Assembly: GCA_964560875.1 (NCBI GenBank)
Contig: CAZLMW010000025.1
Span: forward strand, 812 to 64,811
Source: an uncultured Enterobacteriaceae bacterium
GTDB taxonomy: Bacteria; Myxococcota_A; UBA9042
DNA length: 64,000 bases
Direction: 5' to 3'
Shown here piece after piece: positions 18,822 to 28,578 of the stretch. The notes beneath the pieces were generated by a model, which did no database searches, was not told the origin of the DNA, and saw nothing but the letters and a program-made list of their open reading frames with translations. The translations under genes were made by a program, and so were the position numbers. Each line of letters opens with the position of its first letter. Position 1 is the stretch's first letter.

Positions 18822-19631
18822 ATGCGTCGCGTCGCGATCGTCGCAGCTTTGGTCGTTGCGTTGGGGACCGTGTCGTCCCCTGCGTTCGCCGTCGACACGA
18901 ACGAGACCATCGACCACGGCGCGATGTATTTTGAGTTCTTCGTTGGCTATTACGGCGTGAACAAACCGCTCTTGCAGCAACAGGTTGTTTCCGGCGGCGC
19001 CATGGCGTTCGGCCTGGCCGAGGGGTTTACCGGCTACCTGTCGCTCGCTGGCCGCAGCAACCCCTATTTTGGCGACGGCTACGGGCGGACCGGATTCGGC
19101 TTGCTGTACACGGTCTACAACTCGCCGCACGTGTCGATCGACCTGATGCTCGACGCAGGAACGGGCGGCGCTGGTCCGCAGCCGTTGCTCTTTCATCCAG
19201 CCGCTGAGCTCAACAGCGGTTTCGCGGTGACTCCCGGGCTGGAATTCAACTACGACCACGACGAAGAGATGAATGACTGGGGCCTGTTTGGCGTCGTGCA
19301 GGAGATCGTCACCGGCCGCACGAAGATCGCGTACGACGACGAGCTGAACGAGACCGTGACCTACACCTTCGCGCCGTGGATGCGCCTGACGACGGGCGCG
19401 TACATCACCGCGATACCGGACACAGAACAGTGGTTGATCCAAGCGCTCTGGCGGTGGCGACAGAATCCAGACACGAACCAGGCGACGTTCCAGGTCGATG
19501 GCATTGGCATGGGCTACAACCGCATGCTCAACGACGAGCTGGAAGTCGCGACCGAAATCTACCTCGATATCCCCAACGAGACCGGCGAGGTGTGGGGGAT
19601 CGGGCTCGGCATCGGCGTGCTTCGTTGGTAG
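18822..19631 (+). CDS. Hypothetical secreted protein, probable outer-membrane beta-barrel
   Basis: Sec signal MRRVAIVAALVVALGTVSSPAFA, Gly/aromatic-rich amphipathic strands and a C-terminal GIGLGIGVLRW with terminal aromatic residue. Confidence 0.7.
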   Translation: MRRVAIVAALVVALGTVSSPAFAVDTNETIDHGAMYFEFFVGYYGVNKPLLQQQVVSGGAMAFGLAEGFTGYLSLAGRSNPYFGDGYGRTGFGLLYTVYNSPHVSIDLMLDAGTGGAGPQPLLFHPAAELNSGFAVTPGLEFNYDHDEEMNDWGLFGVVQEIVTGRTKIAYDDELNETVTYTFAPWMRLTTGAYITAIPDTEQWLIQALWRWRQNPDTNQATFQVDGIGMGYNRMLNDELEVATEIYLDIPNETGEVWGIGLGIGVLRW

Positions 19632-20224
19632 CCAGAACGCTCGTCTTGGCCGTGGGGGTTGCGGTCATCGTGGCGCCGATGGATGCGCGGGCGGCGTCGA
19701 AAACGGACCACCAGCGGCTTGAGAAGTACTACTCCGTCCAGCAGACACCCTATTCGTGTTCGATGGCGACAGCGCGCATGGCCATCGGGGCGCTGACCGG
19801 TCGAACCATCACCGAACGCACGCTGCGTAAGGCATCACGTGTCAGCCGCAACGGGATGTCGCTGGGACGGTTGGCGGGGTTTCTGCAGCGCTACCGACCC
19901 AAAGGCGCGCGGCGCGGATTCTGTGTGAAGAAGACGATCGCTCCGTCCAGGAAGCGGTTCGTCGCGCTCCTCAAATCCGTGCAAGCCGATCCCGCGCGTA
20001 TCATGACGTGTCGATGGAAGCTGCCCGATGGCACGACGCACCACTCGCCGATCGCGAAGCTGGGACGCGGCAACAAGCGCGTGTACGTCATGGACGTGGA
20101 TCGTGGACCGCGCTGGATCGGTACCCAGGCGTTCGTGCGCGCCATGCGCAGCCAGCTCACCGGGTGCCTCGTCATCTCGAAGAAGCCCAAACGTCGAGGC
20201 CATCGCAAAGCGGGCTGCCGCTGA
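19625..20224 (+). CDS. Secreted papain-fold cysteine peptidase (C39/phytochelatin-synthase-like)
   Basis: The TTG start overlaps the upstream stop. Signal peptide, QQTPYSC (oxyanion Gln and catalytic Cys), HHSPI (His) and VMDV (Asp), paralleling HFSP...LDV of PCS. Confidence 0.75.
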   Translation: MVARTLVLAVGVAVIVAPMDARAASKTDHQRLEKYYSVQQTPYSCSMATARMAIGALTGRTITERTLRKASRVSRNGMSLGRLAGFLQRYRPKGARRGFCVKKTIAPSRKRFVALLKSVQADPARIMTCRWKLPDGTTHHSPIAKLGRGNKRVYVMDVDRGPRWIGTQAFVRAMRSQLTGCLVISKKPKRRGHRKAGCR

Positions 20225-20280
20225 GCCGAGAATTCGCGCCGAAACTACGGCAAGCGTGCGGGCGCGGCTATCATGACGCC

Positions 20281-20871
20281 ATGCAGCCGATGACTCAGCG
20301 CGATATCAAGACGCCGTTGACCATGGATCGGCGCGCGCGACAACTCCTGACCGCGGTTGTGACCGGCATGCTCGTCGTCGGCACCTGGGGATGCGGATCC
20401 GCGGCGGCGTCGCGAGCGGAAAGGCAAGCGCGGCTGCAGGACAAACTCGCGCGCAACGCGGTTGTGGCGCTGGGCCCCGAGATCATCCGGGTAACGCCAG
20501 GCGATATGTTTACAATCGACGTTCAAGTGCGTGTTATTGAGGGTTTTTACGTTGTCGCCCATGGCGCCGAAGAGCAGGATTTGATGCCGGCGTGGATCGA
20601 CGCGCCCAAGCGGGGAATGCTCGTCACCAGGAAGACCGTTTGGCCCAAGGGAGGGCTGGTCGAGCTGCCGGGTCGGTCCAAACCGCTGCCGTCATACGAC
20701 AAGCCGTTCATCGTTGGCCTGACGGTGCACATCGCGCCCGGTGTGCAGCCCGGTGATCGCACGGTGACGATCCCGTTTCACTACCAGCAGTGCACGGTGC
20801 GTGGCTGTGAAGTGCCGCGAAAAAGGGATGTCCGCGTCAGCCTCGAAGTGCTGCCCAAACCGACCGAATAG
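20281..20871 (+). CDS. Lipoprotein with DsbD N-terminal-like (Ig-fold, redox-active Cys pair) domain
   Basis: Lipobox TWGC, GFYVVAHG, and YQQCTVRGCEVP resembling the nDsbD YQxC-x4-5-CxxP motif. Confidence 0.7.
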   Translation: MQPMTQRDIKTPLTMDRRARQLLTAVVTGMLVVGTWGCGSAAASRAERQARLQDKLARNAVVALGPEIIRVTPGDMFTIDVQVRVIEGFYVVAHGAEEQDLMPAWIDAPKRGMLVTRKTVWPKGGLVELPGRSKPLPSYDKPFIVGLTVHIAPGVQPGDRTVTIPFHYQQCTVRGCEVPRKRDVRVSLEVLPKPTE

Positions 20872-20910
20872 CTGGTCTTCTCTGTGCGGATAGCTCCTCT
20901 TTCTCTGCAA

Positions 20911-21798
20911 TCAGCTCGGCGCCCGACGTCGCCTGGTGGCCGCAAGCACGACCGCGCCCAAGACGATTGCGCAGCCGATAGCGACGGTTGGTTGCACGGT
21001 TTCATCGAGCCACAAGTAGCCGAGAATCGACGCCCCAACTGGCTCCCCGACCGTCGCGATCCCGACGACGACCGGTGTCGTGTGACGCAGCGACCAGGTC
21101 AGCAATCCGTGGCCGACGATTTGCGGCAACAACGCGGCGAGGCCGAGGTAGACAAGCGCTTCGGTGGATGACGGAGCGAGCGACACGCCGGTTGCCAGCG
21201 CGACGACGACCAAGACCCCCGCACCTGAGCCACAGACCACGCCCATGAAGCCGAGCACATTGAGGTCGGGCCGAAGTCCCCGAGCGACGATCATGTAACC
21301 GGCCATGGCAGCGGCGCCCAACAACGCGAGTGCGTCGCCGAGGAGGGCGTCGGGCGAAGACCCGAAGTCGGCGCCACCGATGAGCAAAACGCCGATCAGC
21401 GCGAGGCCGAGGGCGAGCCAGAGGTGTGAATCGGGGCGGTCGCGACCGGTGATGAGCGACACGATCGCGAGCAGCAAAGGGGTTGCCGTGACCAGCGTCA
21501 CCGACGCCGCGACGGTCGTGAGTCCCAGCGACCACACCCACGACCCGAAATGAAGGGCGTACAGCGCGCCTCCAGCGGCCGCGGCACGAAGCTCAGCAGC
21601 GCCCAGGTTTGCGGCCCGAAGCGCGCGAATCGACCACGGCGCCAGCAACACGGCCGCGATGGCGAGGCGCACGGCGGACGCGCCGAGCGGATGGGTTGAC
21701 GCGGCTTTTCGAAAGAAGATCGCGGCGAATGAAATCGCGGTCACTGCGCCAAAGAGCGCAAGAGGCACGAGCCGGGCTCGCGGCGGGTCGGTCGACAC
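20911..21798 (-). CDS. DMT/EamA family transporter
   Basis: About 10 TM segments in two EamA repeats; SFAAIFFR, HFGSWVWSL.LTTVAAS and GEPVGASIL motifs. Confidence 0.92.
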   Translation of the reverse strand: MSTDPPRARLVPLALFGAVTAISFAAIFFRKAASTHPLGASAVRLAIAAVLLAPWSIRALRAANLGAAELRAAAAGGALYALHFGSWVWSLGLTTVAASVTLVTATPLLLAIVSLITGRDRPDSHLWLALGLALIGVLLIGGADFGSSPDALLGDALALLGAAAMAGYMIVARGLRPDLNVLGFMGVVCGSGAGVLVVVALATGVSLAPSSTEALVYLGLAALLPQIVGHGLLTWSLRHTTPVVVGIATVGEPVGASILGYLWLDETVQPTVAIGCAIVLGAVVLAATRRRRAPS

Positions 21799-21845
21799 CT
21801 TGCAGGCGCGTGTTGCGAGATATCGCGGCGAAAGCCGGCGCTCGG

Positions 21846-23237
21846 CTACAGGCCCATGTACAAGCGCGCCACGCCGTCCAGACCTGCGGGCGGGTATCCG
21901 CGCGGGCCGGCGTACTTCATGCCGTTGATGAACACGCTCGGCGTGCCCGAAATGCCGGCGCGGCTGCCCTCCTGCGAGTCGGCGTCAACGAACGCCTTGT
22001 GCTTGCGCGACGACAACGCGTCCATGAAGCGCGGCATGTTCAGGCCGATCTCCTTGGCGTAGCGGATGAGGTCGTCCTTCTTGAGCGCCTGCTGATTCTC
22101 GTACAGCTTGTCGTGGTACTCCCAGAACTTGCCCTGCGCGTCCGCCTCCTGGGCCGCTTCTGACGCGAGCTGAGCTTCGGGGTGAATGCTGTTGAGCGGC
22201 ATGTGCTTGTAGACGATCTTGACCTTCTTGGGGTTCTTCTTGGCGAAGAGCTTCAGGTTCGGCGCCAGCTTGCTGCAGAAGGGGCACTGGAAGTCCTCGA
22301 ACACGACGACTTCAACTTTGGCGTCGCGCGGGCCAAACGTCGGGCTGTTCTTGGTGTTGAAGCTGAGGCGACGGCCTTCGGTCTGCGGGAAGAACTTGCC
22401 GCCCGAGATCATGCGGTCGTAGACGTCCTTGGGCGCGGTGCCCTTCGACGTGAGCTCCTCGGATTTCTTCAGCACCTTCTCAACGAGCGCTTTGAGGTTG
22501 GTGTAATCCTTCGGCTTACCGATGCGGATGCCGTTGGCGAGGATGTTGGGGAAGGAGTGACTGCCTGTCTCGTTGGCGATGACCGAGTCGCGCGTGAGAA
22601 TGCCGTACGTCTCGTGCGAATCGAGGCAGCGTTTCCACTTGCGGTACTTCAGCTTGAGCTCCTTGGCGTAACCCTCGAGCGCGCTGCGGCCGATGTTGAA
22701 CGGGTTGTCCATCAGCTTGTTGTGGAAGGCCCAGAACTTGCCCTGCTTGTGGGCGCACATCGCGGCTTCAGCGGCCTCGACCGAGTCGGGATGCTGCGGC
22801 GGGATGATCTTGTGCTTGAAGCGGAACTGCACTTTGCCCTTGTACTCGTCGTACACGCGCTTGGCGTCGTTCCAGAAATCGGTGCACGCCTGGCAGCCAA
22901 AGCCCGACAAGATGACGACCTTCACGGGCGCGCTGTCCTTGCCCAATGTCGGGTCGGTGCTGTGGATCTTCACGCGCCAGACCTGGTCGGGCTTGGGCGC
23001 GGCGGGTGGCGGCGGCGGCGCGGGAGGCGGAGGTGCGGCCGGCGGTGCTGCGACCGGAGGCGGCGCGGGGGAAACCGCACCGGGCTGAGCTGCAGCGACG
23101 GCACCCGGGTTCGCCGCGACGCCAACGGGGGCGGCTGCGACGGCTTGGGCTGCGGGCTGTTTCGACGTCGCGCGACCGGCGATGTAGCCGATGACGAATA
23201 CCGCGACGAACAGGATGTAGGCCTGTTCCTTCTTCAT
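21846..23237 (-). CDS. Membrane-anchored protein with two DsbA-like thioredoxin domains
   Basis: N-terminal TM helix and Pro-rich linker. Domain 1 has GFGCQAC and SFP; domain 2 has FEDFQCPFC and GISGTPS. Confidence 0.92.
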   Translation of the reverse strand: MKKEQAYILFVAVFVIGYIAGRATSKQPAAQAVAAAPVGVAANPGAVAAAQPGAVSPAPPPVAAPPAAPPPPAPPPPPAAPKPDQVWRVKIHSTDPTLGKDSAPVKVVILSGFGCQACTDFWNDAKRVYDEYKGKVQFRFKHKIIPPQHPDSVEAAEAAMCAHKQGKFWAFHNKLMDNPFNIGRSALEGYAKELKLKYRKWKRCLDSHETYGILTRDSVIANETGSHSFPNILANGIRIGKPKDYTNLKALVEKVLKKSEELTSKGTAPKDVYDRMISGGKFFPQTEGRRLSFNTKNSPTFGPRDAKVEVVVFEDFQCPFCSKLAPNLKLFAKKNPKKVKIVYKHMPLNSIHPEAQLASEAAQEADAQGKFWEYHDKLYENQQALKKDDLIRYAKEIGLNMPRFMDALSSRKHKAFVDADSQEGSRAGISGTPSVFINGMKYAGPRGYPPAGLDGVARLYMGL

Positions 23238-23297
23238 CTGTCTTTCCTTGGGCTCTGAACGCGGGACTGCTCTGGATCCCCCGTGTAAGGGGCGCGT

Positions 23298-23326
23298 ACT
23301 ATAACGGCGGTCCGTAGCCCCTACAA
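23298..23326 (-). promoter_or_regulatory. Putative sigma70 promoter for the dsbA-like gene
   Basis: The minus strand reads TTGTAG-N17-TATAGT about 60 nt upstream of the ATG at 23237. Confidence 0.55.
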
Positions 23327-23391
23327 GCGCACGGGAACACGTTGTATTCCCAACCTGTTGCGCGGATCGCTGTCGGCGCGCAGTGGCCCTT

Positions 23392-24627
23392 TCAGACCGA
23401 TGCCGACGCCGCCACTGCGCCCCTCGAAACGCGCAATCTGCGGTTGCGAATGAGCGCGATCAAGAGCTGTTCGATCCAGCGCCGCTCCGCATTCTTGCGA
23501 TCTCCGATGGACGTTTGCTTGAGCGCGAGGTCGGCCTCGTGGACCGTCTGCACCGCCCGCTCGAGCGTCCCTTTGCGCATTCGCGTGAGCTGTTCGCAGA
23601 GCTTGCGCGTGCGGAAGGGGTGCAGTTTCAGGCGGCTCGCGATGTCATCCGGTCGATGCAGGCCTTCTTGCATCACCGCGTCGACGCGCATGAGCGTCCG
23701 GTAGTGCGACGCGAGCGAACCGACGATCACCAGCGGGTGTTCGCCGTGTTCGAGCAACAAGTGAACGACAGTTAGCGCACGGGTGATGTCGCGCGCCGTG
23801 ATCGCGTCGGTGATGGCCCAGACCTGGGACTCGCGATCGAACGGCACCAAGTCGTCGACGGCTGCGCCCGTCAGGTGACCGCCGACGCCTACATCGAGCA
23901 AGAGCCGATCGGCCGTCTGTCGCAAACGCGCGGGGTCGCCGCCGCCAAGATGGTCCCAAAGCCGCTGAGCAACGGACCGGTCGACGCGGATGTTGTGCGC
24001 CCGCGCGACCTCTTCGATGTGGGCTTGTAACGATCGTGGGCTCGGCGGCTCGACTTCGACGATCGCCCCGCGGGCTGCCAGCTCTTTGAACGCGCGCTTG
24101 CGTCGATCGAATCGTTCGGCCTGCAGGATGATCACGATCGGCGGGTTGCCCCCGGTCGGCAGGGACGTGAGCAGCAGCTCGAGCGGGTCGCCGCCCTTGG
24201 GCGCGCGCTTCTTCTTGGCGTTCTTCCGCGGTTTTCGTTTGGGCGCCTTGTCGAAATCCAGGCCGTCGGCGTGGGTGACGCTCACGACGCGGCGGCTGCC
24301 GAAAAGCGAGGTCGATCGCGCCTCGTTGGCGATCACGGCGTGCACGCCGATGCCGCTGTTGTCGTCGGTGTAGTCGATGAGCGCGTGGTCGACGCTGCGG
24401 TCGCAGCCCTTGAGCGCGATGTTCTCGATCGCGCGCCGCGCGGCGATCAGTTCGCCCGGGTCGGCCGGTGGCGGGGCTTGCCGACGACGGCGATCGGGCG
24501 GCGCGGATGCGGTTGTGACCAGGTAGACAGGCAACAACGCCTCGTCGGCCAGGTGGTGTCGCAGCGCCCTGCCTGCGGCGATCGTTCGCGCCTTGGGGGT
24601 GCGCTTGCTGGTCTTCGCTGTCGCCAC
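23392..24627 (-). CDS. holA: DNA polymerase III delta subunit
   Basis: Motifs SLFGSRRVV, FDRRKRAFK, VWAITDAI, EHPLVIVGSL, LKLHPFR and ADLALK. GTG start at 24627 has an SD-like AGGTGAT; the alternative start is 24657. Confidence 0.85.
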   Translation of the reverse strand: MATAKTSKRTPKARTIAAGRALRHHLADEALLPVYLVTTASAPPDRRRRQAPPPADPGELIAARRAIENIALKGCDRSVDHALIDYTDDNSGIGVHAVIANEARSTSLFGSRRVVSVTHADGLDFDKAPKRKPRKNAKKKRAPKGGDPLELLLTSLPTGGNPPIVIILQAERFDRRKRAFKELAARGAIVEVEPPSPRSLQAHIEEVARAHNIRVDRSVAQRLWDHLGGGDPARLRQTADRLLLDVGVGGHLTGAAVDDLVPFDRESQVWAITDAITARDITRALTVVHLLLEHGEHPLVIVGSLASHYRTLMRVDAVMQEGLHRPDDIASRLKLHPFRTRKLCEQLTRMRKGTLERAVQTVHEADLALKQTSIGDRKNAERRWIEQLLIALIRNRRLRVSRGAVAASASV

Positions 24628-24631
24628 AGAA

Positions 24632-27600
24632 TCACCTGGGATCGAGGTCGGGCGCATCGTAGCAGACCGCGTCGCCGTTGGAGTCGGCGCGCCGGACCGC
24701 GATCAAGATGGTGGTCGCGAGCAGCACCAGGAGCAGCCAGGCGATGGATTGGCCCGGACCGACTGGCCTGGTGCGCGCGCTGCAGCCGTTTTCTTCGTCC
24801 GAGGGCTGTTTGGTCTGCGTCTTTTCCGCGTCTTTGCGCTTGCCGTCATCGCGCACACCGGGTGGTCCACAGGTCCCATCTGACTTGGGCGCCTCGTCGT
24901 CTGCGCACATCAGCACCTCGAGCTCCGCGCCGGCGAGGTGGCCGCCGTAGTCGCTGACCAGCAGCTCTACTTTGTAGCGACCAGCCGGCAGCACCTTGCC
25001 GTCGGGTGGCCCGACGATGTTCGGAGCGTCGACCCGCATGATCCACGTGTGATTGAGCTTGTAGGTGGCCGTCGCGAGCGGCTTCTGGAAGCGATAGACC
25101 AACTTTCCGCTGGTATCTCGCATCGTGAGTCGGGCGCTCGCGAGGCGCGTCTTGTCGGACAGGTCGGCCTTGAGGACGGTCGTGAAGACCTTGCGCGACA
25201 CTGTCGCTGGCTCCGCGCGGAAGTTGGTGATGTGTGGCGCTGACAGGTCCACGACCTTGACGCCGTCGGACGCCCGTGGACCGGAGAAGGAGCGGCTGGC
25301 GCCCGCCTTCGTGTAGCCCAGCACCTCAGCTCGGTAGAGCGTGTTGGGCTGCAGGTGAAGCTTGTTGACCGTCGTCCCGGTCACGTTGCCGACGTCCTTG
25401 AGCGAGCTCACGACGGCCCCGTCCTGGTCGAGCAGCCGGATCGCGTAGCCATCGGCCTTGTCGAGCTTGGCCCAGTTGACGTGGACGGCGTCGGTCGTCT
25501 CCTGGAAGTCGAGGTCGGCCGCGTCGGTCAGGGCCGGGCCGGTTCCCGCGTTTTCGCGCACCCATGCGGGCGGCTTCAGCGCGTCCTGCCCGAGCACGGA
25601 GAGGTACCCGTCAGGGGTGCCCACAACCACCTCGAGCAGGTTGTCACCGTCGAGATCCGCGGCGATTGTGCCCGCGACAGTGCCGGAGAAAGCGAGCGAC
25701 CAGACGACATCGCCGGTCAGGGCACGGGCCGCATAGAGCCGGCCTTCCGTCGTCGAGAAGAGCAACGCCGACTTGCCCGTTCCGTCCAGGTTGCGCACAC
25801 CGATGAGGCCATCGTTGGTCACGCCGCCTGGCGCCTGTGTCCCCGGCGGCAGCGCTTTTCCGGCGGCGTAGCCACGGTCCCAGATGGGTTTGCCGGTCTT
25901 GCCGCTGAGCGCGCGCAGGGCGGATGTGCCGTGCTTTGTCGTCACCACGCGGGGCAGCTTGCCGTCGGTCCAGGCGACGGCCCGGCGGTGGTAATAGAGC
26001 GAGCTCTTGTCGGTCCACAGTTGCCCGAACTTGGGGCCGACGTAGGCGCCGATGCCGCCTGCGCCTGATGCGATGATGGGGTCGAGCGGCGGCTTGGTGT
26101 CGAGGTCGAAGAGCATCGGGATGCCGTACGTCACGTTGCCCTGCTGCACGTAGTTGAGCTGCTTGCCGGTCTTGAGGTCGCAGCGCCACCGGTAAACATA
26201 CGCCGACGCGACGGCGACGGGCGACGCACCGGACGTGTCGATGGCGATCGGTCGGCCGGCCATGGCGCTGGCGCACTCGGCGGATGCAGGCCACATCAGT
26301 TTGCCGGTTTTACCGTCGAGAACGCGGAAGAACGTGCCCTCGGGTGCCGGGTTGATGGGCGTTGTGAACGACGCGATCACGTCGATCGCGCCATCGCCGT
26401 TGACGTCGTGCAACGCAAACGCGTCCCCTTCGGTCCACCGCGCCCAGTTCATGCTTTCATTGGCGTGTTTGAAGGTCCAAAGGGCGGTTTTCGACGCGAG
26501 CTTGGTCCCGTCGAACGCTGTCAGCCAGGGGCGGCCGTCTGCGCCGCTGTGACGCACGAGCAGGTCGAGTTTGCCGTCGCCGTTGACGTCGGCGAGGTTG
26601 GCGCGCACCCAGCCGCGGAACCGGTCTTTGAAGCGTTGCACCGGCGCGTCGGTCGGGCCGGCCTTGGCCGCGTCCAGCATCCACACCCACGAGCCCGCGC
26701 TCACGGCCATAGCGGTCGCGCCGCCTTTCGGGTCGCGATCCACGATCACGTACGGGTTTGTTTGTCCGCCGTAGCGCAGATCCGCGACCCCATCTTTGTC
26801 ACCGTCGTTGATGCGCTGGAGTTTGCTGTCTAGCAGCTCGGTTTCGCCGTTGCCGAGCAGGATCGCGGGGAGTTTCAGGTCGCCCTTGCGCAACATGACG
26901 CGCGCCATCGGGCTCGCCGCCAGCGTTCCCGACGCTGTGACCTTCGCCTGTCCGTCCGGCGTGACGGCGAGCAGCGCAACCGCGTCGTCGAACCCATCGC
27001 CATCGGTGTCGGCTGTGCGGAGCAAGTGCCCGGCCGTGTCGAGTCCGTCGATAGTGAGCAGTTGGCTGGGACGCGGGAACACGGTCGCGGGCACGGCTTT
27101 GGGGCGGACCGCGGCGTAGCGCCCCTTGGTCAGCTCCCCCATTGCCTGGAAGCCCAGGCTTCGCGACCACAGCACAAAGGCGTGCGGCAACGCTTCGATC
27201 GTGGCCTTCGTGCCGCGTTTCTCGGCGAGCAGCAGCACTTTCTTCGAACCGGCCATCGACCATGCGTTCGTCAGCGCGTAGCCGAGGCCAGATGTCGCGG
27301 GTAGGTCGTGGAGCATCGAGCCCGACAACGCATCGAACGCGCGCAGCCGCCACCCGGACGCGGTGCGGGTCGACGCGATGACCTCGGCTTTGCCGTCGCC
27401 GTCGAGGTCGCCGATTGCCGCGGCGGGCGCCCGAATCGCGTTTTTCTTGGGATCGCCGGCGTTGACGATCCAAAGGCGCTTGATCTCCTTGCCGACAAGC
27501 TGAAACGCCGCGACGGCGCGCTGGTTGTTCTTGAGGCCGGACGTTAGGCGGTCGGCGACGCAAATGACGACAGGGTTGGCGTTTTTCTGGGGGAGGCTCA

Positions 27601-28387
27601 CCGCGTCATCACAGCGGACGATGCCGAGGTCTGCGGAATGACCCAGCGCTTTGCCGGTCAAACCGGACCATGCGAACGCCCGTCCGCCGTTCTTCTCGGT
27701 CGCCAGCGCGCTGAACACATCGGGCAGCCCGTCGCCGTCGACGTCCACAACCAGCTGCTCATGCGCAAAGACCTTGTCGCCGAGGGCGGTGGTATCCGAC
27801 GTCACCGCCAGCTCCTTGGCGCCGGACTTGAACGTAAAGATGCGGGTCTTGCCGCCGAGGGATTGGCCATACGAGCCGCCGTTGGCCACCGCGACCTCGG
27901 CCAGGCCGTCGCCGTCGAAGTCCGCAAGCGCCATGAACGCGCGGTACTTAAAAGCGCCGTCCTTGGGCGCCCACACGGTCTTTCCGGTGGTTGTCGACAC
28001 CAACACGACGCCCGCTGGGGTGCGGCACAGCAGTTCATCGAGCTGATCGCCATCCACATCCCCGCGGCCCGGGCACGCGTCGATTCCAAGCGAAGCTGTG
28101 CGCCACAGAACGGTTCCGTCGGTGCCCCGCGCGGTGGCGGCGCCGGCCTCGATCGCCAACACGTCGTCATAGCCGTCAAGATCGGCATCCAGCGGACGCA
28201 ATCCGGTGGCGCTGCCGCCCAAAAAGAGGCGCCATTTCAGCGCCGGGACGGTGATCTTGCCCTTGCCTTCGGTGAACGAGGAGTTGTTCGAATCGTGCCG
28301 CTGCAGCTGCCAGGTCTGCGCAAACCCGAGGTTGCCCATGCCCAGCACGGTGGCGAGGATCACAATCGCTATGGAGGACTTGAACAT
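24632..28387 (-). CDS. Large secreted FG-GAP/VCBS-repeat beta-propeller protein with FN3-like and FlgD-Ig-like domains and a MYXO-CTERM-like C-terminal anchor
   Basis: Signal peptide, about 12 D.DGDG..D/E Ca-binding repeats, and C-terminal GCS...WLLLVLLATTILIAVRR. Start uncertain (28387, 28483 or 28513). Confidence 0.88.
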   Translation of the reverse strand: MFKSSIAIVILATVLGMGNLGFAQTWQLQRHDSNNSSFTEGKGKITVPALKWRLFLGGSATGLRPLDADLDGYDDVLAIEAGAATARGTDGTVLWRTASLGIDACPGRGDVDGDQLDELLCRTPAGVVLVSTTTGKTVWAPKDGAFKYRAFMALADFDGDGLAEVAVANGGSYGQSLGGKTRIFTFKSGAKELAVTSDTTALGDKVFAHEQLVVDVDGDGLPDVFSALATEKNGGRAFAWSGLTGKALGHSADLGIVRCDDAVSLPQKNANPVVICVADRLTSGLKNNQRAVAAFQLVGKEIKRLWIVNAGDPKKNAIRAPAAAIGDLDGDGKAEVIASTRTASGWRLRAFDALSGSMLHDLPATSGLGYALTNAWSMAGSKKVLLLAEKRGTKATIEALPHAFVLWSRSLGFQAMGELTKGRYAAVRPKAVPATVFPRPSQLLTIDGLDTAGHLLRTADTDGDGFDDAVALLAVTPDGQAKVTASGTLAASPMARVMLRKGDLKLPAILLGNGETELLDSKLQRINDGDKDGVADLRYGGQTNPYVIVDRDPKGGATAMAVSAGSWVWMLDAAKAGPTDAPVQRFKDRFRGWVRANLADVNGDGKLDLLVRHSGADGRPWLTAFDGTKLASKTALWTFKHANESMNWARWTEGDAFALHDVNGDGAIDVIASFTTPINPAPEGTFFRVLDGKTGKLMWPASAECASAMAGRPIAIDTSGASPVAVASAYVYRWRCDLKTGKQLNYVQQGNVTYGIPMLFDLDTKPPLDPIIASGAGGIGAYVGPKFGQLWTDKSSLYYHRRAVAWTDGKLPRVVTTKHGTSALRALSGKTGKPIWDRGYAAGKALPPGTQAPGGVTNDGLIGVRNLDGTGKSALLFSTTEGRLYAARALTGDVVWSLAFSGTVAGTIAADLDGDNLLEVVVGTPDGYLSVLGQDALKPPAWVRENAGTGPALTDAADLDFQETTDAVHVNWAKLDKADGYAIRLLDQDGAVVSSLKDVGNVTGTTVNKLHLQPNTLYRAEVLGYTKAGASRSFSGPRASDGVKVVDLSAPHITNFRAEPATVSRKVFTTVLKADLSDKTRLASARLTMRDTSGKLVYRFQKPLATATYKLNHTWIMRVDAPNIVGPPDGKVLPAGRYKVELLVSDYGGHLAGAELEVLMCADDEAPKSDGTCGPPGVRDDGKRKDAEKTQTKQPSDEENGCSARTRPVGPGQSIAWLLLVLLATTILIAVRRADSNGDAVCYDAPDLDPR

Positions 28388-28578
28388 GTGTCGACTCCCG
28401 CCGGCGCCGCAGCGTCCGGTCGTTCCCGCCTCTAAAGCCGTTGTCGGGCTCAAACTGAAGGTTGCAAGAAGGAGTATGTACATAACCCGTCCGGGATCGG
28501 CTACGGCTCCCACGCGGGCGATCGAGATCTGCTACCATCGTGGCTGTGACGCCGATTGGAATCCCCTGCCGGATCGCG

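Noticed and set aside
22990-23160. GC-rich GGC/CCG low-complexity runs here and at about 10230-10560
   Set aside because: They encode ordinary Pro/Ala linkers in the DsbA-like and anti-sigma proteins and are not independent repeat elements.
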